DNA of 64,000 nucleotides from Escherichia coli O127:H6 str. E2348/69 (GTDB lineage Bacteria; Pseudomonadota; Gammaproteobacteria; Enterobacterales; Enterobacteriaceae): NCBI RefSeq assembly GCF_000026545.1, contig NC_011601.1; one strand, 5' to 3'. Shown piece by piece: positions 1 to 12,390 of this stretch (position 1 is its first letter; each line of letters starts with the position of its first letter). The notes under the pieces were generated by a model. It saw only the letters and a program-made list of their open reading frames with translations, ran no database searches and was not told where the DNA came from. The position numbers and the translations under genes were made by a program.

Positions 1-2
1 GC

Positions 3-221
3 TATGCCACGATCACGAATGTTTCGAAAGAGGAGTACGGCGAAGGGGACTTCACCAAAGGCGTGTATGTCTCTGTACCGCTGGATCTCTTCTCGTCTGG
101 CCCGACACGCAGCCGTGCGGCAATTGGCTGGACGCCGCTGACGCGTGACGGTGGTCAGCAACTTGGGCGTAAGTTCCAGTTGTATGATATGACCAGCGAC
201 CGTAGCGTCAATTTCCGCTAA
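3..221 (+). CDS. yjbH: 3' end of an upstream gene (73 codons, stop TAA 219-221); position upstream of psiE suggests the yjbH/GfcD-family outer-membrane protein gene
   Basis: Open frame 3 from the window edge to TAA; identity assigned by synteny and memory of the K-12 yjbEFGH-psiE order, not by a motif. Confidence 0.4.
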   Translation, partial: YATITNVSKEEYGEGDFTKGVYVSVPLDLFSSGPTRSRAAIGWTPLTRDGGQQLGRKFQLYDMTSDRSVNFR

Positions 222-267
222 GTCATGGGAAAGGTGCCAGTTTTCGCACTCACTGGCACCTTCATTC

Positions 268-546
268 TTAATGGCCTGTCGAGCCATCAGGAACGCAGTT
301 CACCCCCGGTTTGCGATCTGGTGTGTAAAGGCGAAAACATTCTGTCTTCCTGTCCGTCGATATCGGTTGCAGGTCTGGTTGCCTGAGCGACTGGGCCATC
401 ATTGGGCTGGAGACATTGCTTTGCGGTAGGTCGGTTTTATCAGCAGTATCGAGCGGACCAGCATAAGCAGGAAGAACAGAGACTGATAACATCAAAGCAG
501 CAAAATAAGGCTTCATTTTTACCACCTTTATCAGGTTACGTTTCAT
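268..546 (-). CDS. yjbT: small secreted protein (92 aa) with N-terminal signal peptide
   Basis: ORF with hydrophobic signal-like segment MKPYFAALMLSVSVLPAYA; position between yjbH and psiE matches K-12 yjbT from memory. Confidence 0.5.
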   Translation of the reverse strand: MKRNLIKVVKMKPYFAALMLSVSVLPAYAGPLDTADKTDLPQSNVSSPMMAQSLRQPDLQPISTDRKTECFRLYTPDRKPGVNCVPDGSTGH

Positions 547-760
547 TTGTTCCAGAGGAACATTGTCGATTTTTCGCGCATTGCTGGTGGCTGGGAATCA
601 CCTGAATGGGTGATTTTTTTGGGCTGTGTGTTTTGCCAGATGCGACGTTGATGGGAGATGCCCACTTAATTGAGCTGAACAAAACATACACAAAAAATAT
701 AGATCTCCGTCACATTTTTGCGTTATACAGGAAGCTCGCCACTATGAAGGAGGTACTGCT

Positions 761-1171
761 ATGACGTCACTCTCTCGTCCGCGCGTGGAGTTTATCTCCA
801 CCATTTTGCAGACCGTACTCAATCTTGGCCTGTTGTGCCTCGGCCTGATTTTGGTTGTCTTCCTCGGCAAAGAAACGGTGCATCTGGCTGATGTGCTGTT
901 CGCGCCAGAACAAACCAGTAAATATGAGCTGGTAGAAGGGCTGGTGGTTTATTTTCTCTATTTCGAATTTATCGCGCTGATTGTGAAGTACTTTCAGTCC
1001 GGTTTTCACTTCCCGCTACGTTACTTTGTCTATATTGGGATCACCGCCATTGTGCGCTTGATCATCGTCGATCATAAATCGCCACTGGATGTGTTGATCT
1101 ACTCGGCAGCGATCCTGTTACTGGTGATCACCCTGTGGCTGTGTAATTCGAAACGGCTGAAGCGGGAGTAA
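761..1171 (+). CDS. psiE: phosphate-starvation-inducible protein PsiE (136 aa, membrane protein)
   Basis: Full-length ORF, strong RBS (AAGGAGG) upstream, translation matches PsiE as remembered. Confidence 0.9.
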
Positions 1172-1194
1172 AAAAAGGCGCTCCGTGGAGCGCC
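1171..1194. terminator. stem-loop (GGCGCTCC..GGAGCGCC) with flanking A/T run between convergent psiE and malG; likely bidirectional terminator
   Basis: Inverted repeat read directly in sequence at 1177-1194, preceded by A6. Confidence 0.5.
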
Positions 1195-1264
1195 GAATAA
1201 CAGTCACAAGTTGGGATAACGTAAGTTGAGGGTGCAGCGGCATAACATTGGCAGAACAACATCT

Positions 1265-2155
1265 TTAACCTTTCACACCACCTGCCGTCAGGCCGTTGAC
1301 CAGCCAGCGTTGAGCCAGCAAGAAGACGATGGTGATCGGTAATGCAGACATCACGGCAGCGGCGGCAAAGTCACCCCACAGGTAGTTTTGCGGGTTGAGG
1401 TATTGCTGCATCCCCACAGCCAGGGTGTAGCTGTTTACGTCACGCAGTAATAGCGACGCGACCGGAACTTCAGTAATGGCAGCGATAAACGACAGGATGA
1501 ACACAACCGCCAGAATCGGTACTGACAGCGGCAACAGGACAAGGCGGAAGGCCTGCCACGGTGTCGCACCATCCAGCGCCGCCGCTTCTTCCAGCGAACT
1601 GTCGATGGTTTCGAAATAACCTTTGATGGTCCAGACATGCAGCGCAATCCCACCCAGATACGCGAAAATTACGCCGCCGTGAGTATTCAGGCCAATGAAT
1701 GGAATGTACTCACCCAGACGATCAAACAACGCATACAACGCGACCAGTGAAAGTACTGCCGGGAACATCTGGAAAATCAGCATTCCTTTCAGCAGCGTCG
1801 CTTTGCCTGGAAAGCGCATACGGGCGAAAGCGTAGGCGCAGGTGGTGGAGAGCGCCACAATGCCAATCGCGGAAATCCCGGCGACCTTTACCGAGTTCCA
1901 CAGCCACAGCAGTACCGGGAATGGCGGTGGCGTAATGCGACCATCAGCCTGTTCCACGCTAAAACCTAACGCCAGTTTCCAGTGATCCCAGGAGATTTGC
2001 TCCGGGATCAGACTACCGGTCGCGAAGTTCCCCTGACGCAGCGAGATGGCGACGACCATCAGCAGCGGGAACATAATTGCCGCGATAAAAAGTAGCAGTA
2101 GCAGGTGAGTAATAAACAAACGTGCTTTTTGCGATTTCGGTTGGACCATTGCCAT
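1265..2155 (-). CDS. malG: maltose ABC transporter permease MalG (296 aa)
   Basis: ORF length and translation match MalG; operon with malF and malE. Confidence 0.95.
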
Positions 2156-2169
2156 TTTTGTTATCTCCC

Positions 2170-3714
2170 TTAATCAAACTTCATTCGCGTGGCTTTCAGG
2201 TTCACTATCGCCAGCGCGCCCACCAGCAGGAAGATCAGCGTGGCAATTGCTGCTGCCAGACCGAAGTCCTGACCCCCGCCGCCTTCAAAAGCGATACGGT
2301 AGGTGTAGTTAACAAGCAGGTCGGTATAACCGGCTGGCGTGGTCGTGCCAAGACGATCCGGGCCGCCGTTGGTTAACAGTTGAATCAGCACGAAGTTGTT
2401 AAAGTTAAATGCAAAGCTGGCGATCATCAGCGGCGTCAGCGGTTTAATCAGCAGCGGCAGCGTAATCTTAAAGAAGTTCTGGAATGGACCTGCGCCATCC
2501 ATTGCTGAGGCTTCATACAAATCGTCCGGAATCGCTTTCAGCAAGCCCATGCAGAGGATCATCATGTACGGATAACCCAGCCAGGTGTTGACGATAATCA
2601 GCATCGTGCGGGCGGTGGTCGGATCGCTGAACCAGGCGGGCTTCACGCCAAACAGCGCGCTCAACATCATGTTGATTTCACCGAAACTCTGGTTAAACAA
2701 CCCTTTGAAAATCAAGATTGAAATGAACGATGGCACCGCGTAGGGCAGAATCAGCAGGACGCGATAGACCGCTTTGCCGCGCAACGCTTCCCACTGCACC
2801 AGACACGCCAGAACCATGCCGACCGCCACCGTTAAAAAGACAGTGATCAGCGAGAACACCACGGTCCAGACGAAAATGGCGAGGAACGGTTTCTGAATGC
2901 CTTCGTCGGTAAAGACGCGGGTAAAGTTTTTCCAGCCGGTGGTCACGGTGTAACCGGGGCTTAGCTTTTCATCCCCCCAGTTACCGTCGGCGGTAATGGA
3001 TTGGTAAAAACCAATTTGGTTATTCGGCCGATATTTCACGCCGCTCTGGTTATTCGTCAACGTGCCGTCACCGTCGAGTGTGTAGAGCGGCTGCGTGCCA
3101 GAAAACTGGCGCAGGGAGCTCATCATCACTTTGTTGCCATCCGGCAGAATGGCGGTAATGTCACTCAGTGCCTGACGATTCTGGGTAATTACGCGCAGAT
3201 TCGCGCGTTCGCCTTCGGGCTGGGCGGTCGTTTCTTTCAGTTGCAGTTTTTGCTCGCCGCCAAATTTAAAAGCGTCGGAGAGGTAATTTTTGCCGGTTTC
3301 GCCGTCGCTGAGCGCCAGTTGCCACTCATCGCCCGCCGGATAAAGACCAAAATTATAGATTTTGCCTGCTTGCCAGGAGCGATCTAGCAACACTTCCTGC
3401 GCACGTTCAAAAGTCAGCTGGTTAGTGCTGCTGTAGTTGGTGAAGGCAATGGCGATGGTGCAGACCAGAGGGAAGAGGACGAATAATCCCATTCCAGCCA
3501 TTCCCGGGTAAACATAGCGCCAGGCGTAGGCTTTACGATTGGCGAAAATATACAGCCCCGCTGAGCTCAATATCAGCGTGGTAATGGCGAACAGGTATTC
3601 CCCTTGTGCGTACATTAAAACAACAAGGTAACCCACCAGCAGGCCGAGCAGACCTAACACTGACCATTTCAGCGCGTCGCTTTGCCACCAATGTTTCTTT
3701 TTAATGACATCCAT
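2170..3714 (-). CDS. malF: maltose ABC transporter permease MalF (514 aa from MDVIKKK start)
   Basis: Translation matches MalF; start chosen at internal ATG corresponding to the K-12 N-terminus (six-frame ORF extends 5 codons further). Confidence 0.95.
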   Translation of the reverse strand: MDVIKKKHWWQSDALKWSVLGLLGLLVGYLVVLMYAQGEYLFAITTLILSSAGLYIFANRKAYAWRYVYPGMAGMGLFVLFPLVCTIAIAFTNYSSTNQLTFERAQEVLLDRSWQAGKIYNFGLYPAGDEWQLALSDGETGKNYLSDAFKFGGEQKLQLKETTAQPEGERANLRVITQNRQALSDITAILPDGNKVMMSSLRQFSGTQPLYTLDGDGTLTNNQSGVKYRPNNQIGFYQSITADGNWGDEKLSPGYTVTTGWKNFTRVFTDEGIQKPFLAIFVWTVVFSLITVFLTVAVGMVLACLVQWEALRGKAVYRVLLILPYAVPSFISILIFKGLFNQSFGEINMMLSALFGVKPAWFSDPTTARTMLIIVNTWLGYPYMMILCMGLLKAIPDDLYEASAMDGAGPFQNFFKITLPLLIKPLTPLMIASFAFNFNNFVLIQLLTNGGPDRLGTTTPAGYTDLLVNYTYRIAFEGGGGQDFGLAAAIATLIFLLVGALAIVNLKATRMKFD

Positions 3715-3769
3715 GGGGTTCTTCCTCATTCCAGGACGGATAAGGCTTTCATACCTTATCCGACAACAA

Positions 3770-3858
<89 letters not shown>

Positions 3859-3867
3859 TTCACAGCA

Positions 3868-5422
<1,555 letters not shown>

Positions 5423-6538
5423 ATGGCGAGCGTACAGCTGCAAAATGTAACGAAAGCCTGGGGCGAGGTCGTGGTATCGAAAGATATCAATCTCGATATC
5501 CATGAAGGTGAATTCGTGGTGTTTGTCGGACCGTCTGGCTGCGGTAAATCGACTTTACTGCGCATGATTGCCGGGCTTGAGACGATCACCAGCGGCGACC
5601 TGTTCATCGGTGAGAAGCGGATGAATGACACTCCGCCTGCAGAACGCGGCGTTGGTATGGTGTTTCAGTCTTACGCGCTCTATCCCCACCTGTCAGTAGC
5701 AGAAAACATGTCATTTGGCCTGAAACTGGCGGGCGCGAAAAAAGAAGTGATTAACCAGCGAGTTAACCAGGTTGCGGAAGTGCTGCAACTGGCGCATTTG
5801 CTGGATCGCAAACCGAAAGCGCTCTCCGGTGGTCAGCGTCAGCGTGTGGCGATTGGCCGTACGCTGGTGGCCGAGCCAAGCGTATTTTTGCTCGATGAAC
5901 CGCTCTCCAACCTCGATGCTGCACTGCGTGTGCAAATGCGTATCGAAATCTCCCGTCTGCATAAACGCCTGGGCCGCACAATGATTTACGTCACCCACGA
6001 TCAGGTCGAAGCGATGACGCTGGCCGACAAAATCGTGGTGCTGGACGCTGGTCGCGTGGCGCAGGTTGGGAAACCGCTGGAGCTGTATCACTATCCGGCA
6101 GACCGTTTTGTCGCCGGATTTATCGGTTCGCCAAAGATGAACTTCCTGCCAGTAAAAGTGACCGCCACCGCAATCGATCAAGTGCAGGTGGAGCTGCCGA
6201 TGCCGAATCGTCAGCAAGTCTGGCTACCGGTCGAAAGCCGTGATGTCCAGGTGGGAGCCAATATGTCGCTGGGTATTCGCCCGGAACATCTACTGCCGAG
6301 TGATATCGCTGACGTCATCCTTGAGGGTGAAGTTCAGGTCGTCGAGCAACTCGGCAACGAAACGCAAATCCATATCCAGATCCCTTCCATTCGTCAAAAC
6401 CTGGTGTACCGCCAGAACGACGTGGTGTTGGTAGAAGAAGGTGCCACATTCGCTATCGGCCTGCCGCCAGAGCGTTGCCATCTGTTCCGTGAGGATGGCA
6501 CTGCATGTCGTCGACTGCATAAGGAGCCGGGCGTTTAA
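5423..6538 (+). CDS. malK: maltose ABC transporter ATP-binding protein MalK (371 aa)
   Basis: Walker [13 protein letters not shown] signature LSGGQRQR; start placed at [12 protein letters not shown] rather than the upstream in-frame ATG of the six-frame ORF. Confidence 0.95.
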   Translation: MASVQLQNVTKAWGEVVVSKDINLDIHEGEFVVFVGPSGCGKSTLLRMIAGLETITSGDLFIGEKRMNDTPPAERGVGMVFQSYALYPHLSVAENMSFGLKLAGAKKEVINQRVNQVAEVLQLAHLLDRKPKALSGGQRQRVAIGRTLVAEPSVFLLDEPLSNLDAALRVQMRIEISRLHKRLGRTMIYVTHDQVEAMTLADKIVVLDAGRVAQVGKPLELYHYPADRFVAGFIGSPKMNFLPVKVTATAIDQVQVELPMPNRQQVWLPVESRDVQVGANMSLGIRPEHLLPSDIADVILEGEVQVVEQLGNETQIHIQIPSIRQNLVYRQNDVVLVEEGATFAIGLPPERCHLFREDGTACRRLHKEPGV

Positions 6539-6579
6539 GCACCCCACAAAACACACAAAGCCTGTCACAGGTGATGTGA

Positions 6580-7950
<1,371 letters not shown>

Positions 7951-7961
7951 TAGCAAAACCT

Positions 7962-8095
<134 letters not shown>

Positions 8096-8115
8096 TTTAA
8101 GGGGCGAAAGCCCCT

Positions 8116-8123
8116 CTGATTAT
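8116..8123. repeat. target-site duplication, left copy (CTGATTAT)
   Basis: Identical 8-mer immediately outside both IS ends (second copy 9674-9681); a 9-bp reading CTGATTATC is possible if the first C of the left IR is counted. Confidence 0.55.
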
Positions 8124-8142
8124 CTGTCTCTTGATCAGATCT
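8124..8142. repeat. IS terminal inverted repeat, IE-like end, contains two GATC Dam sites
   Basis: CTGTCTCTTGATCAGATCT read directly. Confidence 0.75.
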
Positions 8143-9508
8143 CCTGATCAAGAGACTTCATCACCAGGTAACCCTCAACCATATCCTGAAGTCTGAACCA
8201 GCCATCCCACATGACTACCCAACCGGGGCGACCGGTGCGTTTGCTGTCATGCCATCGCCCCAGTTTCGCCAGTTTCAGACAGGCCCATTTCAGTGTCGGC
8301 ATCTGTGACGGAAGCGGTTTTCCTTCCAGCTTAACCCACAGCAGTTTCCACTCTGTCGGCGTCAGTATTTTCTCACAGCTGTCATTTTGTGTTTCTTCAC
8401 TGATACCGCCCTGCCGCAGGCCCAGCACCCGCACCGCGATAAACGCCTTGATAACCACCATGCGCTCGAGGTTATCCCGGGTCTGCATTCGCAGCGATTC
8501 CACACATGTACCACCACTTTTCCACGCCTTGTGGTATTCCTCTATCAGCCAGCGTCGCTCGTAATGGCTGACGATACGTCGCGCATCGGCGGCACTCGCC
8601 ACTTTTTCTGACGTCAGCAGATGCCAGCAGGCGCCGTCCTCTGCCTGCTCCCGGCAACAGACATACGTGAGCGGGAGCGCCTGGCCGCTGTTGTCGGGAT
8701 TTTTTATGCTGACTTCGCTGTAACTGATGAACATCCGGGCCTGGCGGGCTGCCCGCCCGCCTTTTTGCATCACATTCAGCGTGTGGCTTCCCGCGGTTGC
8801 CAGGACTTCCGGCAGTTCGAAGAGCTTGCCGGGTGCTTCTTCCAGCCGGCGATTCTGTGCTGCACGCACCACGAAGCGCTGCCCGTGGCTGACTTTATAA
8901 TGCAGGTAATGCCAGATATCCGCTTCCCGGTCACAGACAGTGATTACCCGTTTCTGTATCTCCCCCAGCCGTTCGGCCATGCGCTCCGAAGCCTGCTGCC
9001 AGCGGTAACTTTCTTTTTCTTCATAGGGACGTTCTTTTCGCTGGTGCTTAACACCGTAGGTGTCCGTGGCACGACTCCAGCGCTGCTGTTCGATAAGACC
9101 GACTGGCAGGGCGCTGTCGGGGGCGTACATCAGGACAGAGTGAGCCAGCAGCCCGCGCGTCTTCGGGTTAGTGGTGGTATTCCCCAGGTCATCAGATGCC
9201 GTACTGTGACTGAAGTTAATGGTGGTGGTGTCTTCCAGCGCGAGGAGCAGCGGATGAGCCTCACATGCCCTTACAGTGGCGGTAAATCCGGCTTCGGCAA
9301 TGGCTTGCGGGGACACAGACGGGTTACGTATCAGGCGGTACGCACCTTCAACCTGAGCAGTGGACTGGGATGATTTCACAATAGAAAGACCTGCATGCTG
9401 AGCGAGAGAAGAGGCCAGTGACACAAGGCGTCGTGTACGACGCGGATCACCGAGACGGGCATGTCCAAACTGCTCGTTAGCCCATGAATAACAATCAGAA
9501 AGTACCAT
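8135..9508 (-). CDS. IS4-family (Tn5 Tnp-like) DDE transposase, 457 aa
   Basis: Blocks shared with Tn5 transposase as remembered: LGDPRRTRRLV, EGAYRxIRNP, LEDTT, VCDREADI, RFVVR, RWxIEExHKAWKSG, DNLERMV, KLGRWHDSKRTG; overall clearly divergent from Tn5 Tnp. Confidence 0.85.
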   Translation of the reverse strand: MVLSDCYSWANEQFGHARLGDPRRTRRLVSLASSLAQHAGLSIVKSSQSTAQVEGAYRLIRNPSVSPQAIAEAGFTATVRACEAHPLLLALEDTTTINFSHSTASDDLGNTTTNPKTRGLLAHSVLMYAPDSALPVGLIEQQRWSRATDTYGVKHQRKERPYEEKESYRWQQASERMAERLGEIQKRVITVCDREADIWHYLHYKVSHGQRFVVRAAQNRRLEEAPGKLFELPEVLATAGSHTLNVMQKGGRAARQARMFISYSEVSIKNPDNSGQALPLTYVCCREQAEDGACWHLLTSEKVASAADARRIVSHYERRWLIEEYHKAWKSGGTCVESLRMQTRDNLERMVVIKAFIAVRVLGLRQGGISEETQNDSCEKILTPTEWKLLWVKLEGKPLPSQMPTLKWACLKLAKLGRWHDSKRTGRPGWVVMWDGWFRLQDMVEGYLVMKSLDQEI

Positions 9509-9654
9509 AACAGACCCGAAGAAAATGAAATATAAGAGAAGATCAACAGGTGAGGAAAAAGTTCAAAAAATCGCTGCCGGGGAGGAAGGAAACTACCGGA
9601 TGGAAAGAGTCCCCCTAAAGCAGACTGACAGACATCACAAATCCCCGGGTGGGG

Positions 9655-9673
9655 ATTTGTGTATAAGAGACAG
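9655..9673. repeat. IS terminal inverted repeat, OE-like end
   Basis: Reverse complement CTGTCTCTTATACACAAAT; first 9 nt identical to the other end. Confidence 0.75.
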
Positions 9674-9681
9674 CTGATTAT
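9674..9681. repeat. target-site duplication, right copy (CTGATTAT)
   Basis: See left copy. Confidence 0.55.
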
Positions 9682-9739
9682 CGGGTTTAGCGCGCTATTG
9701 CCTGGCTACCGCTGAGCTCCAGATTTTGAGGTGAAAACA

Positions 9740-10675
9740 ATGAAAATGAATAAAAGTCTCATCGCTCTCTGTTTATCAGCAGGGTTGCTGGCAAGCGCAC
9801 CTGGAATCAGTCTTGCCGATGTTAACTACGTACCGCAAAACACCAGCGACGCGCCAGCCATTCCATCTGCCGCGCTGCAACAACTCACCTGGACACCGGT
9901 CGATCAATCTAAAACCCAGACTACTCAACTGTCGACCGGCGGCCAACAACTGAATGTCCCTGGCATCAGTGGTCCGGTTGCTGCGTACAGCGTCCCGGCA
10001 AACATTGGTGAACTGACACTGACGCTGACCAGCGAAGTGAACAAACAAACCAGCGTATTTGCGCCGAACGTGCTGATTTTTGATCAGAACATGACCCCAT
10101 CAGCCTTCTTCCCCAGCAGTTATTTCACCTACCAGGAACCCGGCGTGATGAGTGCAGATCGGCTGGAAGGCGTTATGCGCCTGACACCGGCGTTGGGGCA
10201 GCAAAAACTTTATGTTCTGGTCTTTACCACGGAAAAAGATCTCCAGCAGACGACTCAACTGCTCGATCCGGCTAAAGCCTATGCCAAAGGCGTCGGTAAC
10301 TCGATCCCGGATATTCCCGATCCGGTTGCTCGTCATACCACCGATGGCTTACTGAAACTGAAAGTGAAAACGAACTCCAGCTCCAGCGTGTTGGTAGGAC
10401 CACTATTTGGTTCTTCCGCTCCAGCTCCGGTTACGGTAGGCAACACGGCGGCACCAGCTGTGGCGGCACCAGCTGTGGCTGCACCCGCTCCGGCACCGGT
10501 GAAGAAAAGCGAGCCGATGCTCAACGACACGGAAAGTTATTTTAATACCGCGATCAAAAACGCTGTCGCGAAAGGTGATGTTGATAAGGCGTTAAAACTG
10601 CTTGATGAAGCTGAACGCCTGGGGTCGACATCTGCCCGTTCCACCTTTATCAGCAGTGTAAAAGGCAAGGGGTAA
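9740..10675 (+). CDS. malM: maltose regulon periplasmic protein MalM (311 aa here)
   Basis: Translation matches MalM with signal peptide MKMNKSLIALCLSAGLLASAPGISLA; start at ATG 9740 with RBS GAGGTGA upstream. Confidence 0.9.
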   Translation: MKMNKSLIALCLSAGLLASAPGISLADVNYVPQNTSDAPAIPSAALQQLTWTPVDQSKTQTTQLSTGGQQLNVPGISGPVAAYSVPANIGELTLTLTSEVNKQTSVFAPNVLIFDQNMTPSAFFPSSYFTYQEPGVMSADRLEGVMRLTPALGQQKLYVLVFTTEKDLQQTTQLLDPAKAYAKGVGNSIPDIPDPVARHTTDGLLKLKVKTNSSSSVLVGPLFGSSAPAPVTVGNTAAPAVAAPAVAAPAPAPVKKSEPMLNDTESYFNTAIKNAVAKGDVDKALKLLDEAERLGSTSARSTFISSVKGKG

Positions 10676-10853
10676 TTACGCCCCACAGTGCTGATTTTGC
10701 AACAACTAGTGCGTCTCCTGGCGCACCTTTTTTTCTCCTCCTGTACTATTGTTGCGTTTTTGTTGCGCATTAGTTCACTTAATTTGCTTTACATCTCCCG
10801 TAAATATTTTTCTGCGATACAATGCCTTTACGTTATGTAACGGAGAGTTCGGC

Positions 10854-11351
10854 ATGTCACACCCCGCGTTAACGCAACTGCGTGCGCTGCGCTATTTTAC
10901 AGAGATCCCTGCCCTGGAGCCGCAACTGCTCGACTGGCTGTTGCTGGAAGATTCCATGACAAAACGTTTTGAACAGCAGGGAAAAACGGTGAGCGTGACG
11001 ATGATCCGCGAAGGGTTTGTCGAGCAGAATGAAATCCCCGAAGAACTGCCACTGCTGCCGAAAGAGTCTCGTTACTGGTTACGTGAAATTTTGTTATGTG
11101 CCGATGGTGAACCGTGGCTTGCCGGTCGTACCGTCGTTCCTGTGTCAACGTTAAGCGGGCCGGAGCTGGCGTTACAAAAATTAGGTAAAACGCCGTTAGG
11201 ACGCTATCTGTTCACATCATCGACATTAACCCGGGACTTTATTGAGATAGGCCGTGATGCCGGACTGTGGGGGCGACGTTCCCGCCTGCGATTAAGCGGT
11301 AAACCGCTGTTGCTAACAGAACTGTTTTTACCGGCGTCACCGTTGTACTAA
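10854..11351 (+). CDS. ubiC: chorismate pyruvate-lyase UbiC (165 aa)
   Basis: Translation from [15 protein letters not shown] matches UbiC; six-frame ORF extends upstream without a better start. Confidence 0.9.
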   Translation: MSHPALTQLRALRYFTEIPALEPQLLDWLLLEDSMTKRFEQQGKTVSVTMIREGFVEQNEIPEELPLLPKESRYWLREILLCADGEPWLAGRTVVPVSTLSGPELALQKLGKTPLGRYLFTSSTLTRDFIEIGRDAGLWGRRSRLRLSGKPLLLTELFLPASPLY

Positions 11352-11363
11352 GAGGAAAAAAAT

Positions 11364-12236
11364 ATGGAGTGGAGTCTGACGCAGAATAAGCTGCTGGCGT
11401 TTCATCGCTTAATGCGTACGGATAAGCCAATTGGCGCGTTACTGCTGCTCTGGCCAACATTATGGGCGTTGTGGGTGGCGACACCGGGCGTTCCCCAGCT
11501 CTGGATCCTGGCGGTGTTTGTCGCGGGCGTCTGGCTGATGCGCGCTGCTGGTTGCGTGGTGAATGATTATGCTGACCGCAAGTTTGATGGTCATGTTAAG
11601 CGCACGGCGAACCGACCACTTCCCAGCGGCGCGGTAACGGAGAAAGAGGCGCGCGCGCTGTTTGTAGTGCTGGTACTGATTTCATTTTTACTGGTGCTGA
11701 CGCTGAATACGATGACTATTCTGTTGTCGATTGCCGCGCTGGCGCTGGCGTGGGTGTACCCGTTTATGAAGCGGTATACCCATCTACCGCAAGTGGTGCT
11801 GGGCGCGGCGTTTGGCTGGTCGATTCCAATGGCTTTTGCCGCTGTGAGTGAGTCGGTGCCATTGAGTTGCTGGTTAATGTTCCTCGCCAATATTCTCTGG
11901 GCGGTGGCTTACGACACGCAGTATGCGATGGTTGACCGCGATGATGATGTGAAGATTGGCATTAAATCCACCGCAATCCTGTTCGGCCAATACGATAAAT
12001 TGATTATTGGTATTTTGCAGATTGGCGTACTAGCGCTGATGGCGATCATCGGTGAGTTAAATGGCTTAGGTTGGGGATATTACTGGTCAATTCTGGTAGC
12101 TGGCGCGCTGTTTGTTTATCAACAAAAACTGATTGCCAACCGCGAGCGTGAAGCCTGCTTTAAAGCATTTATGAATAATAACTATGTTGGTCTGGTACTG
12201 TTTTTAGGGCTGGCAATGAGTTACTGGCATTTCTGA
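11364..12236 (+). CDS. ubiA: 4-hydroxybenzoate octaprenyltransferase UbiA (290 aa)
   Basis: Translation matches UbiA; UbiA prenyltransferase motif NDYADRKFD present. Confidence 0.95.
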
Positions 12237-12277
12237 TGATGTAAAAAAGCCGGATGATCATCCGGCTTTCTTCTGGG

Positions 12278-12380
12278 TTGCCTGATGCGCTGCGCTTCTC
12301 AGGCCTACACAACATATCGCAATTTATTGAATTTGCAGATCATGGTAGGCCGAATAAGGCGTTTGCGTCGCATCCGGCAA
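12278..12380. repeat. REP elements between convergent ubiA and plsB
   Basis: GCCTGATGCGCTGCGC..CAGGCCTACA and GGTAGGCCGAATAAGGCGTTTGCGTCGCATCCGGCA. Confidence 0.6.
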
Positions 12381-12390
12381 TTCTCACTGA

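Larger units (their letters stand above)
8124..9673 (-). mobile_element. IS50/Tn5-like insertion sequence (IS4 family), 1,550 bp, single transposase gene, 19-bp imperfect terminal inverted repeats
   Basis: Left end CTGTCTCTTGATCAGATCT equals the IS50 inside end as I recall it; right end (reverse complement CTGTCTCTTATACACAAAT) resembles the IS50 outside/mosaic end; transposase stop codon lies inside the IE-like end as in IS50; 8-bp direct repeat CTGATTAT flanks both ends. Confidence 0.8.

Noticed and set aside
600-760. Pho box upstream of psiE
   Set aside because: psiE is PhoB-regulated, but I could not find a convincing pair of CTGTCAT direct repeats with 4-bp spacing; only weak half-site resemblance (CCGTCAC).
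5711-6217. 168-aa ORF antisense to malK, and similar long antisense ORFs inside uvrA (42394-42945, 43126-43638), ghxP/yjcE (49554-50258, 50158-51036), acs (55177-56262), nrfA (57800-58618), nrfD (60092-60634), dnaB (21906-22388) and the transposase (8621-9373)
   Set aside because: All lie wholly inside well-supported genes on the opposite strand, lack recognisable motifs or ribosome-binding sites and have the biased composition of shadow ORFs in GC-rich coding DNA.
8124-9673. Whether the element is an engineered mini-Tn5 or a Tn5 composite transposon
   Set aside because: The transposase is encoded inside the element and is divergent from Tn5 Tnp, there is no resistance cargo and only a single IS copy; a natural IS50-like element is the simpler reading.
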